Below, piece after piece: positions 52,473 through 64,000 of a DNA stretch of 64,000 bases (positions are counted from its first letter, which is position 1; each line of letters starts with the position of its first letter). The translations under genes and the position numbers were made by a program. This DNA comes from Nemertoderma westbladi. Lineage: Eukaryota > Animalia > Xenacoelomorpha. Location of the stretch: positions 4,481 to 68,480 of the forward strand of contig JAUCBJ010008582.1 of NCBI GenBank assembly GCA_032718475.1. The letters run 5' to 3'. Under the pieces are notes generated by a model, which saw only the letters and a list, made by a program, of their open reading frames with translations, did not search any database and was not told where the DNA came from.

Positions 52473-52629
52473 AGTACAAGTACATTAGTATTATTTCGAT
52501 TGTGATCTATTGTATATTGTAGGCTGCCAGGGGAATAGGGATTGATCACCCCTCATTCTTTTGTATAGTTTACTTATTTCTGTCAGTTTTATTTCCTAGT
52601 AAGTTAATATTGAGCTGAAGACGTGTAAG

Positions 52630-53222
52630 TCTGCTCAGATTGTTCAGATAATTGTAGGCCGGACTGTTGTCGGATTGTTGTTGGGTTTGGAGAGATTACG
52701 GCGTGTGTAGAGTTTGTCCGATAGAGTGCCAGTTAGTAAGTTGGGGCAGCCATAGCTGTAAGGTCAATCCCCTCTTAAAGAATAAGTCGTACTACCGTGT
52801 TAGAACGCATACTAACTAACCATTTTGGAATCTGCACATACTGTAGTTTATTTAGGCTTGACAGTATTCTGCCAACGTTTTGGCCTGTGTTTGTTTGTGT
52901 GGTCTGTTCAGGTACCGTAATAGTTATTACTCAGATATTTTGTAGGCTGGATTGTTGTCTAGCTATTATTAGGTCTGAAGAGATTGCTGCGTGTGTAGAG
53001 TTTGTCTGATAAGTGCCAGTTAGTAAGTTGGGGCAGCCATAGCTGTAAGGTCAATCCCCTCTTAAAGAATAAGTCGTACTACCGCGTTAGAATGCATACT
53101 AACTAACCATTTTGGAATCTACACATACTGTAGTTTATTTAGGCTTGGTGGTAGTCTGCCAGCGTTTGGTTTGTATTTTGTTTGAGTATTCTGTACGGGT
53201 AGCGTAATATTTATTATTCAGA
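52630..53222. repeat. Direct duplication of about 290 bp in the element 2 leader
   Basis: gcgtgtgtagagtttgtc...gtcaatcccctcttaaagaataagtcgtactaccg at about 52701 and 52989. Confidence 0.9.
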
Positions 53223-54513
53223 GTTTATGCGATTATTCGCAACATTCATGTCCCCAAGTTTATTCCTACAGTAATTGTGCTTGTTATACATACCGTTATA
53301 GTTAAATTAACCCCGGTACTACACGGGCTGCTTGGCGTAGGAAAAGACTGGTGACTTTGTGCTTCGGTCACTCCAGCAGATGCCGTGGTTCTTTTAACTG
53401 TTCAAGTATATTTAACTACTGATTATTTGTTGTACCGGTACTTGTACCTAATTTAGGGTTTAGTGTACAGTGCTTTCCGAAAGTAATTAGTGTGTAGGCA
53501 GTGTATTGTGTTGTAAAGTGGTTAATAGGCACGTTGGATCTGGTAGTCCGCGGTAATTAACTTCTAGGTAGGAACACTCCGTGATACATAACGTAGTACC
53601 TATAGCGATACGGTTATAGGTCGTCAGGCGGTGGTATTTTCCAATCTGGACAGTGCAATATATTTACTACTACATATTATTTTCAAATACCGTAGTACCC
53701 TGTCCGTTGTAATAAACCGAATTCTAACCCTTTGTTAGACTGGTTTGTAGACTTCCTGTAAAATTACCCTAAAATTTCGTACATAATATTTTTGTTGTGT
53801 TTAATTAGAGATTTAATCTCACCCGTATCGTAAGTAATTTGTAGTATTAAGTAACTTAGGTAAATTAGAATTATCAGTTTTTAGTGTCAAATAAATAGCA
53901 CTTCACTGAGAGCGCCCAGCTTCTGTGTAGTGACCCCCCAGAAATAATAACATTTATTTCGAATATTGACAAAACCCATTTTAAACGGGTATATAAATAT
54001 TATAAATCAACTCAAACGATTTATAAATAGTAGGCCTGCCATACAACAACTAGGTCTCAATATCAGTTGGACTACTGCTTAAATAACGGTAATAAAGTAA
54101 GTTAAAGTAACCAAGTAACCTTAAAATATTCAGAAATTCAATTATTCTAAAATAATTGACATACCGGTATTTACCATAGGCTTATTATATTTATTTCTAT
54201 AAATTTGAGCTAAAATCATACCGGTATTCTGTAATTAATTCTAGTTCATAATTATACTTATATATACTATAAGTGTAAGCTGTATACCGGTATTCACGAT
54301 AGGCCTATTATATATTTATATATATTTGTGCTAAATTTATATACCGGTACTCTGTGACAAACCTAGTTTACAATACTTATATATACTATAAGTGTATACC
54401 GGTATTCTAATATACTGTAATAAATTACCGGTACTAGGCCAACGGTCATACTGAATTACTAGACTTGTTTTAACTGTAACTATAGCAGTAGACATTCAAC
54501 TGTATAGCTAAAC

Positions 54514-57500
54514 ATGTCTGACACCCAGCAAAACCTATCAGACAGTCTAATCGATACAACCATCTGTGACACAGATAGGAGTGTGGAGCGATTAAGAAAG
54601 GAGTTCAGCTCACCTCCTACTGAAAGAAAGGTCATCCCTCCAGTAGTAGTATCAGACCCTAAGCTAATCCAACACCATAGGTCTATCATCGGCACTCGGG
54701 CCCAAGTCAAACGGAACCAGGAAGCAGCTGTCCAACAGCAGCAACATCCTAGTCAAGAAACTTGTTCCCAGCGATCCGATAGCTCCAGTAATTCGGATAC
54801 TGTCGAGCTGACCCCCGAACGCGGATTGCAGATGGCGGCTAAAGCCTACTCGGATCCCCTTCTCACCCTTCCTGCCGCAGTGCTAACTACTATATTGATT
54901 GCAGTGGAGGAACATCAAGCCGATAGGGCGAGAAGTAAGCGAGCGACCCAAGATAATTATGCGGGATACGCCAGGGAAGAATTGATGTCTATTGTCGAGT
55001 CACAATGGAACTTTCCCGGACCCGGACTCCCGTTAGATTTGTCCGAGGCTACTTGGGAGGATATATACAGGATGGGAGTGACTAAAGATACAATGGATCC
55101 AGCTGTTTGGAAGAGGTCGGCAGCAGGATATGTGCAGGGATTCTTCGGCTCCTTGGAGCGATTAGAAGAACAACTGTTTCGACAACCCCAAGGACCTCAA
55201 GAGCAGGAAGAGCTGCTATATCAAGTACGCGAAAGAACTCTACGCATTAGACTAATCCTATCAGCCTTTGAGGAAACTTCCAAAAGAAGACAGGACACGT
55301 CGCTGCAGGTCGCTGTCAAAACTTGGTTCCAGCGGGTAGGTCTCAAAGTACAAGAAACGGACCAGTGGAAATCCCAGCTGTCTGAGAGACTAACCTATGA
55401 AGAACCAACCGATGCCACCCTTTCTCAAGTGGAAGGCGAAGAGACCGCAGAGAGACCACGAACGAGAGACGCATATCTGTCCAACTATCAGCGATTCCTA
55501 GGAGACGAAGAATTGAGGAGACGGCTGTCTGGACTTTCCCCTAATAGTGAAGGAACCCAGCGTGTGTTAGACTCAATCGATGCTGAAATGTTAGCTGCTA
55601 ACCAAGCTGAATTTGATGAAAAACTCCGCCTCACTAGAGTCCAAGAAGAACTAGTAAAGAAAAAACGGATAGAGGACAGAAAGGCAGCTGCAGTAACAGC
55701 GGCAATGGCAGAAATAGAAGCAGAAAGAAAAGCAGCGGCGGCAGAAGCAGAAGCAGAAAGAAAGGCAGCGGCGGCAGAAGCAGAAGCAGAAAGAAAGGCA
55801 GCGGCGGCAGAAGCAGAAGTAGAAAGAAAGGCAGCGGCGGCAGAAGCAGAAGCAGAAAGAAAAGCAGCAAAGGCAGTGGCAGAAGCAGAACGGAGAGCCT
55901 CTGAGGAGACTACCCAACTGGAGTTGGAAAATCTGCAAGGGACACAAGACAACATAAATAAACAGTTAACTGCTAGTCACATGCAGATGATGAGAAGATC
56001 TACTCCCAAACGCCAGGGATATACGTCATCGGAGGAAAGCGAAACCACCGATCCTGAAGGCGGAGGAAACAGATCTCGTCTAAGCAGGCGTAGAAAAACA
56101 TCTTACCGTCACAAATTGCCTGATTTGCCCCCAGCTGTCAGAAGACAACTAGCTAGCACAGACTTAGGTAGTACAGAAACCACAGACCAAATTATTAAGG
56201 TCAAAAGACTCCCTACCATAGTTGATGAGCCTGAAATAATTAGGCCTGTCGTTCCAAAAGCCACTCCTGTGCTAGAGACCCCTGTACTTCCAGAGCTTAA
56301 CTCTAAATTCCCTCTACATAGTACTACACTGCCTGTACCCGGTAGAACAGTCCATGAGAATATCCCTGTCCTGGAAGCTGAAAGAGAAATCAAAGATTTG
56401 TCTCCCGTCGTCCCGCGTCAGCCCGCTACAATGTTGGCGACTCCCGCTTCGGCGGTCGAGTGGGTAGAGGAGGGACGGCGGGGGATGAATCTCCTGCTCG
56501 GACAGATGCAGGAGACTGTCTACCAACTTAAGGGAACGGTAAGGGAAGGTAGGGCCGAATTGCAAGAAGTGCAGCAAAGTATCGCGCTAGAACGCGACAA
56601 ATTAGTCAATATCCAAAAAGGGATACCAATACCCCCTGTAAAATTGTGTCAACCTGTTAGGTCTGAAGTATTACATGCGCAAGGTGTGGAGCCTACACGC
56701 ATCTATACTGCTAGTGAAGTAGAAACTCCTATAGCAAACCCTATTAAGGGTGATTATAGACCTGTTATTAATGATATCCCCTATAGACCTGACAATGATC
56801 CGAGAAATTTATATACCGATAATTCGATATTAAATAACACGATGGCCAAAGAAAGCTTTACGCGTCAGATGGCTAGAACAGCCCCGCCCAGACCCGCCAA
56901 GCGGTCAAAGTGGGAGAGATCGTCAAATTCAATGGAGATGAGATGAAATGGTTACCTTTCAACGAATATTACAAAGATAGCATACAAAACTCTGTACTAT
57001 CTAACGGAGAGAAACTTAGGTTCCTCATCAAGTGCTTGGAAGGACCTCCCAAGTTAATGGCGTTAAAGTTTATTGGACATCCAGAAGGATTAAGACAAGT
57101 TTGGGATACATTAAACATCAGGTATGGTAACAAGGATAACATAGCTAAGTATTTGTATGCCAAATTAGTAGCCCCCCGACACTTCCTTAGTAGCGGGATT
57201 ATAGAGTTTTCCGATGAGATTCAAGAGATCTGTAGACAATTGGACTGGTTAGGTAAGTCTCATGAATATCAGAGTTCCATGGTTATTGGAGCAGTAGTCT
57301 CTACTTTACCAAAGGGTGGAGTATGTACACGCTGGGACAAGAAAGTGTTGTACATGAATGAACAACAACGACGAGAAGCCCTACCATGACTGATCTCATG
57401 TCCTTCTTAGATGGTGAGGTAAAACTACAACTCATCAAGCAGTCCAGAGAGAAAACATCGGAAAATAAGGTAAGTGAGAAACCCGCTTCTAGGAGAAGAG

Positions 57501-58107
57501 TAACACCAGTGTGTTACACTGACGACGGCGAAAGCCAAGCTTCTCAAGAAGAGGACAGCGGGAAAGACACTGAGAGATCTTACTACGTTGACAAAACCTC
57601 AAAAGATGTAAGTAAATACAAGGCTCGAAACAGGTTGCCAAGACCCCTCCTCAGTCTCCTAACAGAATGCACCGAAGAAAACCCGAAGAAAAAACGAGAG
57701 TGCATCAAGTTACCCAAGGTAGAGTGAGTAACATAAAACCTAACTGTGCGCTGTGCGACGGGACCCACCGTTTGAGTGCGTGTGCTGAATTTCTAAAGAA
57801 ATCCCTTGTAGACAGACGTGCAGTTGTGTGGGACAAGCGGTTATACTATAATTGCCTCAGACCAGGACACCAACGGCGAACCTGTTACTCCGACATAAAG
57901 TGTGCAAAGTGTGGCGCGAAACATCACATCTTGTTACACAGTGAGTTCGAACGAGACAAACAGAGTCAGGTAAGTGAGCCCGAACTACATGTCCAATTCA
58001 GTGATGTAAATGACACTGATCAGGAGTCTGAGATGGAAGGATTCTATACTGACGAATTCTCCGACGCCAACGAATCCTGTTATCTAATCAATACCGCAGT
58101 GTATTGA
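54514..58107 (+). pseudogene. BEL/Pao gag of element 2, frameshifted
   Basis: 810-aa coiled-coil region; VKFNGDEMKWLPF..EKLRFLIKCLEG; knuckles CALCDGTHRLSAC, YNCLRPGHQRRTC, CAKCGAKHHILLH. Confidence 0.9.
55708..55895 (+). repeat. 33-bp coding repeat (AAAAEAEAERK), about 5.5 copies
   Basis: Seen in ORF 54514..56946. Confidence 0.95.
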
Positions 58108-58199
58108 GCACTTACTTATGAAAAGGACACCAACAATGAGTTTCCCCCAACTACTTTTGCCAAACAACCATCTTGGAAAGCTCCAACTTCCAACGTAGG

Positions 58200-61100
58200 A
58201 ATCAGAGAATTTCCTGTAGTGCAGGTAAGAGTTCACGGTCCTAACCACAGTTACATAGTGAACGCACTCCTTGACTCCGGCAGCACAGGAACATTCATCG
58301 ATCAAGAATTAGCCGAAGATATCTTTGCTGGACAACCCAAATTCCGGACTAAATTGAATATGTCAGGAATTATGCAGGTTTGGAAATCTACCCTAACGGC
58401 AGATTACTATGTAGGTGTGTTGTCCACCCCCCAGGATAAGTTAGGAGCACAAGGTATAAGGTAAAAATGGTGGCTATAAAGAACTTCACTACTACTCAAG
58501 CAGACCTTTATAATTGGGACGAAGATGAGAGCATCCAACATCTTAAGATACCTCGATTCCAGACAGATTATCCTGGAGTGCAAATACTCATCGGCCAAAA
58601 CGCGCACGAGGCGCTCGAAACATTAGAGAAACGGCCTGCTCAACCGCAGCCACTGCAAACCTATGCGGTAAGAACTAGAGTAGGTCGGTACTTTACTGGC
58701 CCTTCCCGCAGGACTCTCGAAGAGAGAAGGCCACAAGAACGAGTATACCAGGTGAGTGATTGGAGCGAGGAGAGCAGTGAGGTGGATGAACTAACTGAGG
58801 AAACACCATACTCTTCAGATAATGACGACATCTACCAACTCTTCGATCAAGAGAACACCATCGACCTACTTACAGAAAACCAAACTTGGAAAAATCAGGT
58901 GAACCTATGTCAACTGATTCGCCCCTCGGAACCCATCGCTTACAATGACGAACTAAACGATGAGATAGAGCGCTGCAACGCTAGAACTCGGGACGAACTA
59001 GCCGTACGATTCTTTACTCAAGAACTGGTAGAGCCCAATTCATATGATAAGAAGAAGAAAGAGCCAAGCAAATCCAGGAAACAACTACACGTTTTTTAAA
59101 GGAACAAGGTAGATATGAAATCGGCCTACCATTTCGAAAACGAGAACCTAGATTTGTAAATAACCGACCCTTGGCAGAGAAAAGAATCGCTCAATTGCAT
59201 CGACGCCTTACGGCTAATACTTCAGCTAAAGAAATGTACCAAACTCAGCTGAAGAAATTTATAACAAAGGGATATGCGGAGCGAGTACCGGAAGGAACCC
59301 CAGTGACTGAGAGAACGTATTACTTAACACATCATTACGTTCCCAAACCCGGTAAACCCCATGAAGTCCGAGTCGTATTCGATGGCTCTGCTCTATATAT
59401 GGGCCAATCCCTCAATTCCGAGTTGTTACCCGGACCCAACTTACTCCAATCTTTGTTGGGAATACTTTTGAGATTAAGACAATATTCCATCGCGTTCGCC
59501 TCCGATATAGAAGGAATGTTCTTACAAGTCAAGGCGCTGGATAGAGATAGAGACAGCCTGAGATTTCTGTGGTGGCCTGAAGGAGACCTCAATCAGAAAC
59601 CGGTAGAGTACTGGATGACCATCCAGGCTTTTGGAATCATATCAAGCCCTTCCAACGCCTGCTCCGTGGTGCGAACCACTGCGAATGACAACCGAGACGC
59701 CTTCTCAAAAGAGGTGATAGACAACATCAAACGGAATATATACATGGACGACAATTTAAGGTCCCTTCCATCAGTAGAAGAAGCCATAGATGTCGCGAAA
59801 GGAACGGTAGAGTGTTTGAAAAGAGGTGGATTTCGACTGACGAAATTCACCAGCAACTCCCGTGAGTTTCTGGAAGCGATACCGGTAGAAGACCGCGGAG
59901 CGAAAGACCTAGACTTAATAAAGGACGATCTTCCTGAAACCAAGACGCTTGGCTTGAAGTGGGACACTGAAAGAGACATCCTATTTTTTCAGCTCAAACA
60001 GCGAGATAATCCAGTTCGGACCAAACGGATTTGTTTAAGTATCCTGAGCACTTCGACCCATTGGGATTCATTAGCCCAGTTATATTGATTGCTCGGAGTT
60101 TAGTACAACAAATGTGGCTTGAAAACCACTCATGGGACGATCCGCTTAAGGGAGAATTGTTAAAGAAATGGATGAAATGGGAAGATTCTCTACCTGCCAT
60201 CGAGAACTTTATAATTTCCCGTACATACTTTGGCCATGTTCTTCCTACGTATTCCTATCAACTCCATGTGTTTGGAGACGCCAGCGACATGGGAATAGGT
60301 ATAGTAGCATATCTGCGAGTCGAAACCCCGGATGGAATCAAAGTCGCCTTGGTTACCTCTAAAGCATTGATTAACAACAAGTTAAAGGTTCCTCGAGCGG
60401 AGTTAAAGGCGGCTTTATACGCTACAGCCATCGGCCGGAACGTAACGGAACAAATCGATTACCCACTGGAGAAAACGGTTTATTGGACCGACGCTTTACT
60501 CGTGTTGGAGTATCTAACCAATGAAGTCTGTCAGTTCAGCGTTTTTGTTACTAACAGGGTAGCTATTATTCTTAGTCGCACAAAGATAGATCAATGGAGA
60601 CATTGCCCTGGTATGATTAATCCAGCTGATATCGCCTCCAGGGGAGCAACTCCACAGGAACTGATAGATACTCCAGATTGGTTGGGTGGACCCGACTTCC
60701 TGAGCAAGGAAGAGGATGAATGGCCTCCTCACCTTACTACGGCAGAGATTAGACAAGCCAAGGGAGCGGAGACAGTCAAACCTAAAACCCGGGCGAGTAA
60801 ATCGAAGTTATTTAAACCGACTATCGATCTATCTGTATTACATACTTCCGGGAATGATGCTTCGGATCCACGATCCCTCAACACAAATAAGTCTGTTGTG
60901 GAAATTAGAGATAGAGATTGGAAATCTGGAATACCAGACGTCTCGCAAGGAATCTCACCCATGCTGCAGAGAGCAATGCATCATTACAGTTCCTGGAATC
61001 GGCTTTGTAAAGCCGTCACTTATTTAAGACGATGTTTTCATCATCACTACTCCAGGACGAAGACCACTAGTGATAACGCTCCATTGACATCTGCACAAGT

Positions 61101-62622
61101 TCATGTTATTAAAAATTTACCCAAATATAAGACATCTGACCGTTTTCTAAAGGAGAAAATTAGTCACCAGGAGCATGAAGAAACCAATAAGCAGATACTG
61201 AGACTCCTGCAATGCTATGAGGATTCCGAAAAGTATTTCCTGTTGTTGAGAAATCCGCAGATGCGCTTAAGGGATCGATTCTCGAGCACAATGATAGATG
61301 GGCTAATACGTGTTGGAGGAAGACTCACCAATGCGCCCTTATCCTTTGACACCAAATTCCCCATACTTATTAGAAATCTTGAAGTACAAATCAAGATGAT
61401 TGTAGATGTTCACAGTAAACTTTATCATGCTGGTAGAGAACGAGTTCTTAGCGAAATTCGAACTCGCTATTATTTTGATAAACCCCGTAGAGCTCTGAAC
61501 CAAGTTCTTAGGAACTGCATACCCTGTAGGAAAGCATTCAGTAGGCCTTTAACACAGCGAGAGGCAGAATTACCTAGGGAACGAGTAAGCTTCTATGAAC
61601 CACCTTTTACTAATACTGGTGTAGATTTATTTGGCCCTATTGAAGTATATCGTGCGAGGACTATAGTCAAGAGATGGTGTGTCATCTTTGTGTGCATGAC
61701 TTGTAGAGCCATCCATCTCGATATGGTGAACGATCTATCTACCAACAGCTTCGTCTTAAGTTTATGACGACAGATCGCTCGCTTCGGGATGAGTAATACC
61801 ATGAGATCGGATAAGGGAACGAACTTCATTGGTGCCAACAACGAAATACAGGCTTACGTGAAGGACTGGAACCAAAGACAGGTGGACGACCAGCTAAGGA
61901 TAACAGCGTCTAGCTGGACCTTCAACGCCGCCGACGCCCCTTGGTGGGGAGGAAGTTGGGAGAGATTAATTAGAAGTGTTAAGACCGCATTTCACTTTAT
62001 AGTGCCATGCCGCGCGTATCTCACCGACGAACTTTTGCGGACGTTAATGGAGGAAATAGCTGCCTATCTCAACGAGAGACCGCTTATGCCAGTCTCATCG
62101 AGTCCAGATTCCCTGGAAGCTCTAACACCCGCGCATTTCCTACTGAAGAAACCTGTAGCCATGCTCCCACGATCGGAGATTGCCGACGGAGACGAATACT
62201 GCCGTCGAACTTGGCAACTTATGCAGTTGCTATCCCGTCGTTTCGCTGACCATTTCGAGAAACATTATCTGCCCACGCTACAACTTCGAACTAAGTGGTT
62301 TGCGCAGCAAGAAAACGTCAGCGCCGGAGATATGGTGCTTATTGTAGATCCAGACCTCCCACGTAAACGGTGGCAGACAGGTCGTATCATCGAGACCCAC
62401 ATCTCGGATGATGGTTTAGAACGCTCGGTAGAACTCATCGTCATGCGGCGTAACTTCAAAAAGCCAGGCATAATCTTTGAGACGCAACAACTCAATCGCC
62501 CAGTTGGTCGTTTATGTTTACTGGAAAGAGACAGAGAACTCTCTGGAAACTATGGAAGGCAAGACACTCTTCCCACGACCACCTCCCTAATTCCTCAAAC
62601 ATCTAGGGACTCCCCAACGTGA
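58200..62622 (+). pseudogene. BEL/Pao pol of element 2 (PR, RT, RNase H, IN), multiple frameshifts and stops
   Basis: ALLDSGS; YLTHHYV, VRVVFDGS, DIEGMFLQV, IYMDD; FGDAS, PRAEL, WTDA, NPADIASRG; HHCC, GVDLFGP, RSDKGTNF, PWWGGSWERLI. Confidence 0.95.
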
Positions 62623-63162
62623 TACGTCTGGAGTGGGTGTATGACTATATTGTTTTATCTATTTTATTATATTTTATATGCGAACTTTATTATGTACTTT
62701 ATTATAATCGTTTTTATTCAATTTTATTTAGTAGAATGTTATTTCAGTGATTATTTAGAAGATTAGTGCAATATATCAGTGTTTATTACGTACGTAATTA
62801 CTTATAATATATATTTAGTGCGACGGCGAGAAATAATTATTTTTTCTCTTTCCTTACTGTCCGTATCATATTATAAATACGTGACTACAGTAAGATGAAA
62901 TGTCCGTACTTATTAAAGTACAATAAAGCTCCTACTATACTTAAGTATTATTGGTAGGCAGAGTATTAGGAATGCAAAGTTCAGATCCTCGTGTCTCGGC
63001 TAAACCAAGCCCTGGGTAGACCTTGGAAACGACTTGCCTCTTCACACTGACATTGCTTCGTGCGATATTGCTCTTCTACCTTATATTAAATAATACATAT
63101 AGTAGCGTGATGTCCCTCTAACAGTAGCGTGAAACGCAAATAAATCTGTTAAACCTTTTGAC

Positions 63163-63445
63163 CATCTGTAATTCTAGTCGATTAAGATATCGTGGCACCC
63201 ACCGATATACTTGAAAGACAAATTCTAGAATCAGTGGTTAACGTCCCCAGACAAGTTCTGGAATAAATCGGTGCCCATCTTAAATATTAATTTAATATTT
63301 ATTAAAATCTGTAAAATTCAGATCCTTTGAATTTCTAGTCAATTAAGATATCGCAGCACTTACCGATACTCTTAAAAGACAATTTTCATAGAATTAAGGA
63401 TCCTATGTCCCCAGACCTGCTCTGGAATCAAATTGTGTCAATTTT
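63163..63445. repeat. Degenerate direct duplication (about 160-bp period) downstream of element 2 pol
   Basis: ttctagtcgattaagatatcgtggcac at about 63172 versus ttctagtcaattaagatatcgcagcac at about 63333. Confidence 0.75.
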
Positions 63446-64000
63446 AACATCAAATAATAAAATTCACGGGAATAAATTTAAATTCATACTTTAAATGAAT
63501 TTCATAAATTGTCGTTTTGTGCAATTTATAACATTCCCAAAATTCCATTAATTAATAGATCATGGGAGCGGAGATTCATCCTATTGAGTGTATTAGAGTG
63601 CGAGAATCTCCAACATATAGTCAATAGCCGATAAAATTAATAAAATCATGCATAAAGAGGATATTGACAATTAAAGAATTATTATTAAATAGCATCCCAG
63701 ATCTGTATGCATGAGAATTACCCTAATTCTACCGCTAGCATTCCATAATGTCACCATAGCAACACCCACGCTAGAATTAGAAACAAGTTAAAAGAACAAT
63801 AGAAAGCTTGTCCCATTGCCTAGCATAGAGAATACATAGCACACTGTTAGTATCCAAGGATACACAGTAATAACGTGACATTCTGGAAGGCACTGACTAA
63901 CGGACAAATGGCCTGTATGTGTACAATTGGTGACAGTTGTGTGGAATTTGTGCATTTGTAGGTGAATGTTACTGCTAAGGTGTGTTTACAGTAGTAGTAG

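Larger units (their letters stand above)
48849..64000 (+). mobile_element. BEL/Pao LTR retrotransposon family 2 (3' end probably beyond the window)
   Basis: Putative 5' LTR, long leader, gag-PR-RT-RNaseH-IN at 54514-62622. Confidence 0.88.

Noticed and set aside
55488-55955. Antisense ORFs rich in Ala/Ser, Leu/Pro or Cys/Phe (also 6894..7451 and 8108..8560)
   Set aside because: Shadows of coding tandem repeats on the opposite strand

Overview
Eukaryotic, AT-rich and transposon-dense genomic DNA, most likely from an invertebrate animal. (1) Positions 1-24372 hold a minus-strand BEL/Pao LTR retrotransposon in tandem: LTR-A, internal copy A, shared LTR-B, internal copy B running off the left edge. 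The two internal copies carry complementary deletions. The family has a large extra 3' ORF encoding a DEDDy 3'-5' exonuclease plus three CCHC zinc knuckles, and a 20-nt stem-loop motif recurs through it regardless of reading frame. (2) Its LTR contains a tRNA-like Pol III A/B-box cassette. In LTR-A, two tandem copies of a 2105-bp unit lacking terminal inverted repeats (TIRs) sit exactly in that A box, with 9-bp GTAGCTCAG repeats at all three junctions (Dada-like targeting). (3) Positions 24.4-48.8 kb hold MITEs, a nested hAT-like element, an RTE-like LINE with target-site duplication (TSD), a piggyBac with TTAA/TIRs, a tRNA-derived SINE, a three-exon acatalytic carbonic anhydrase-like gene and a small orphan ORF. 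(4) From about 48.85 kb to the end lies a second, divergent plus-strand BEL/Pao element. It shares the LTR tRNA-like cassette and colinear non-coding leader motifs with the first. All calls come from manual reading of the sequence; no database searches were run.
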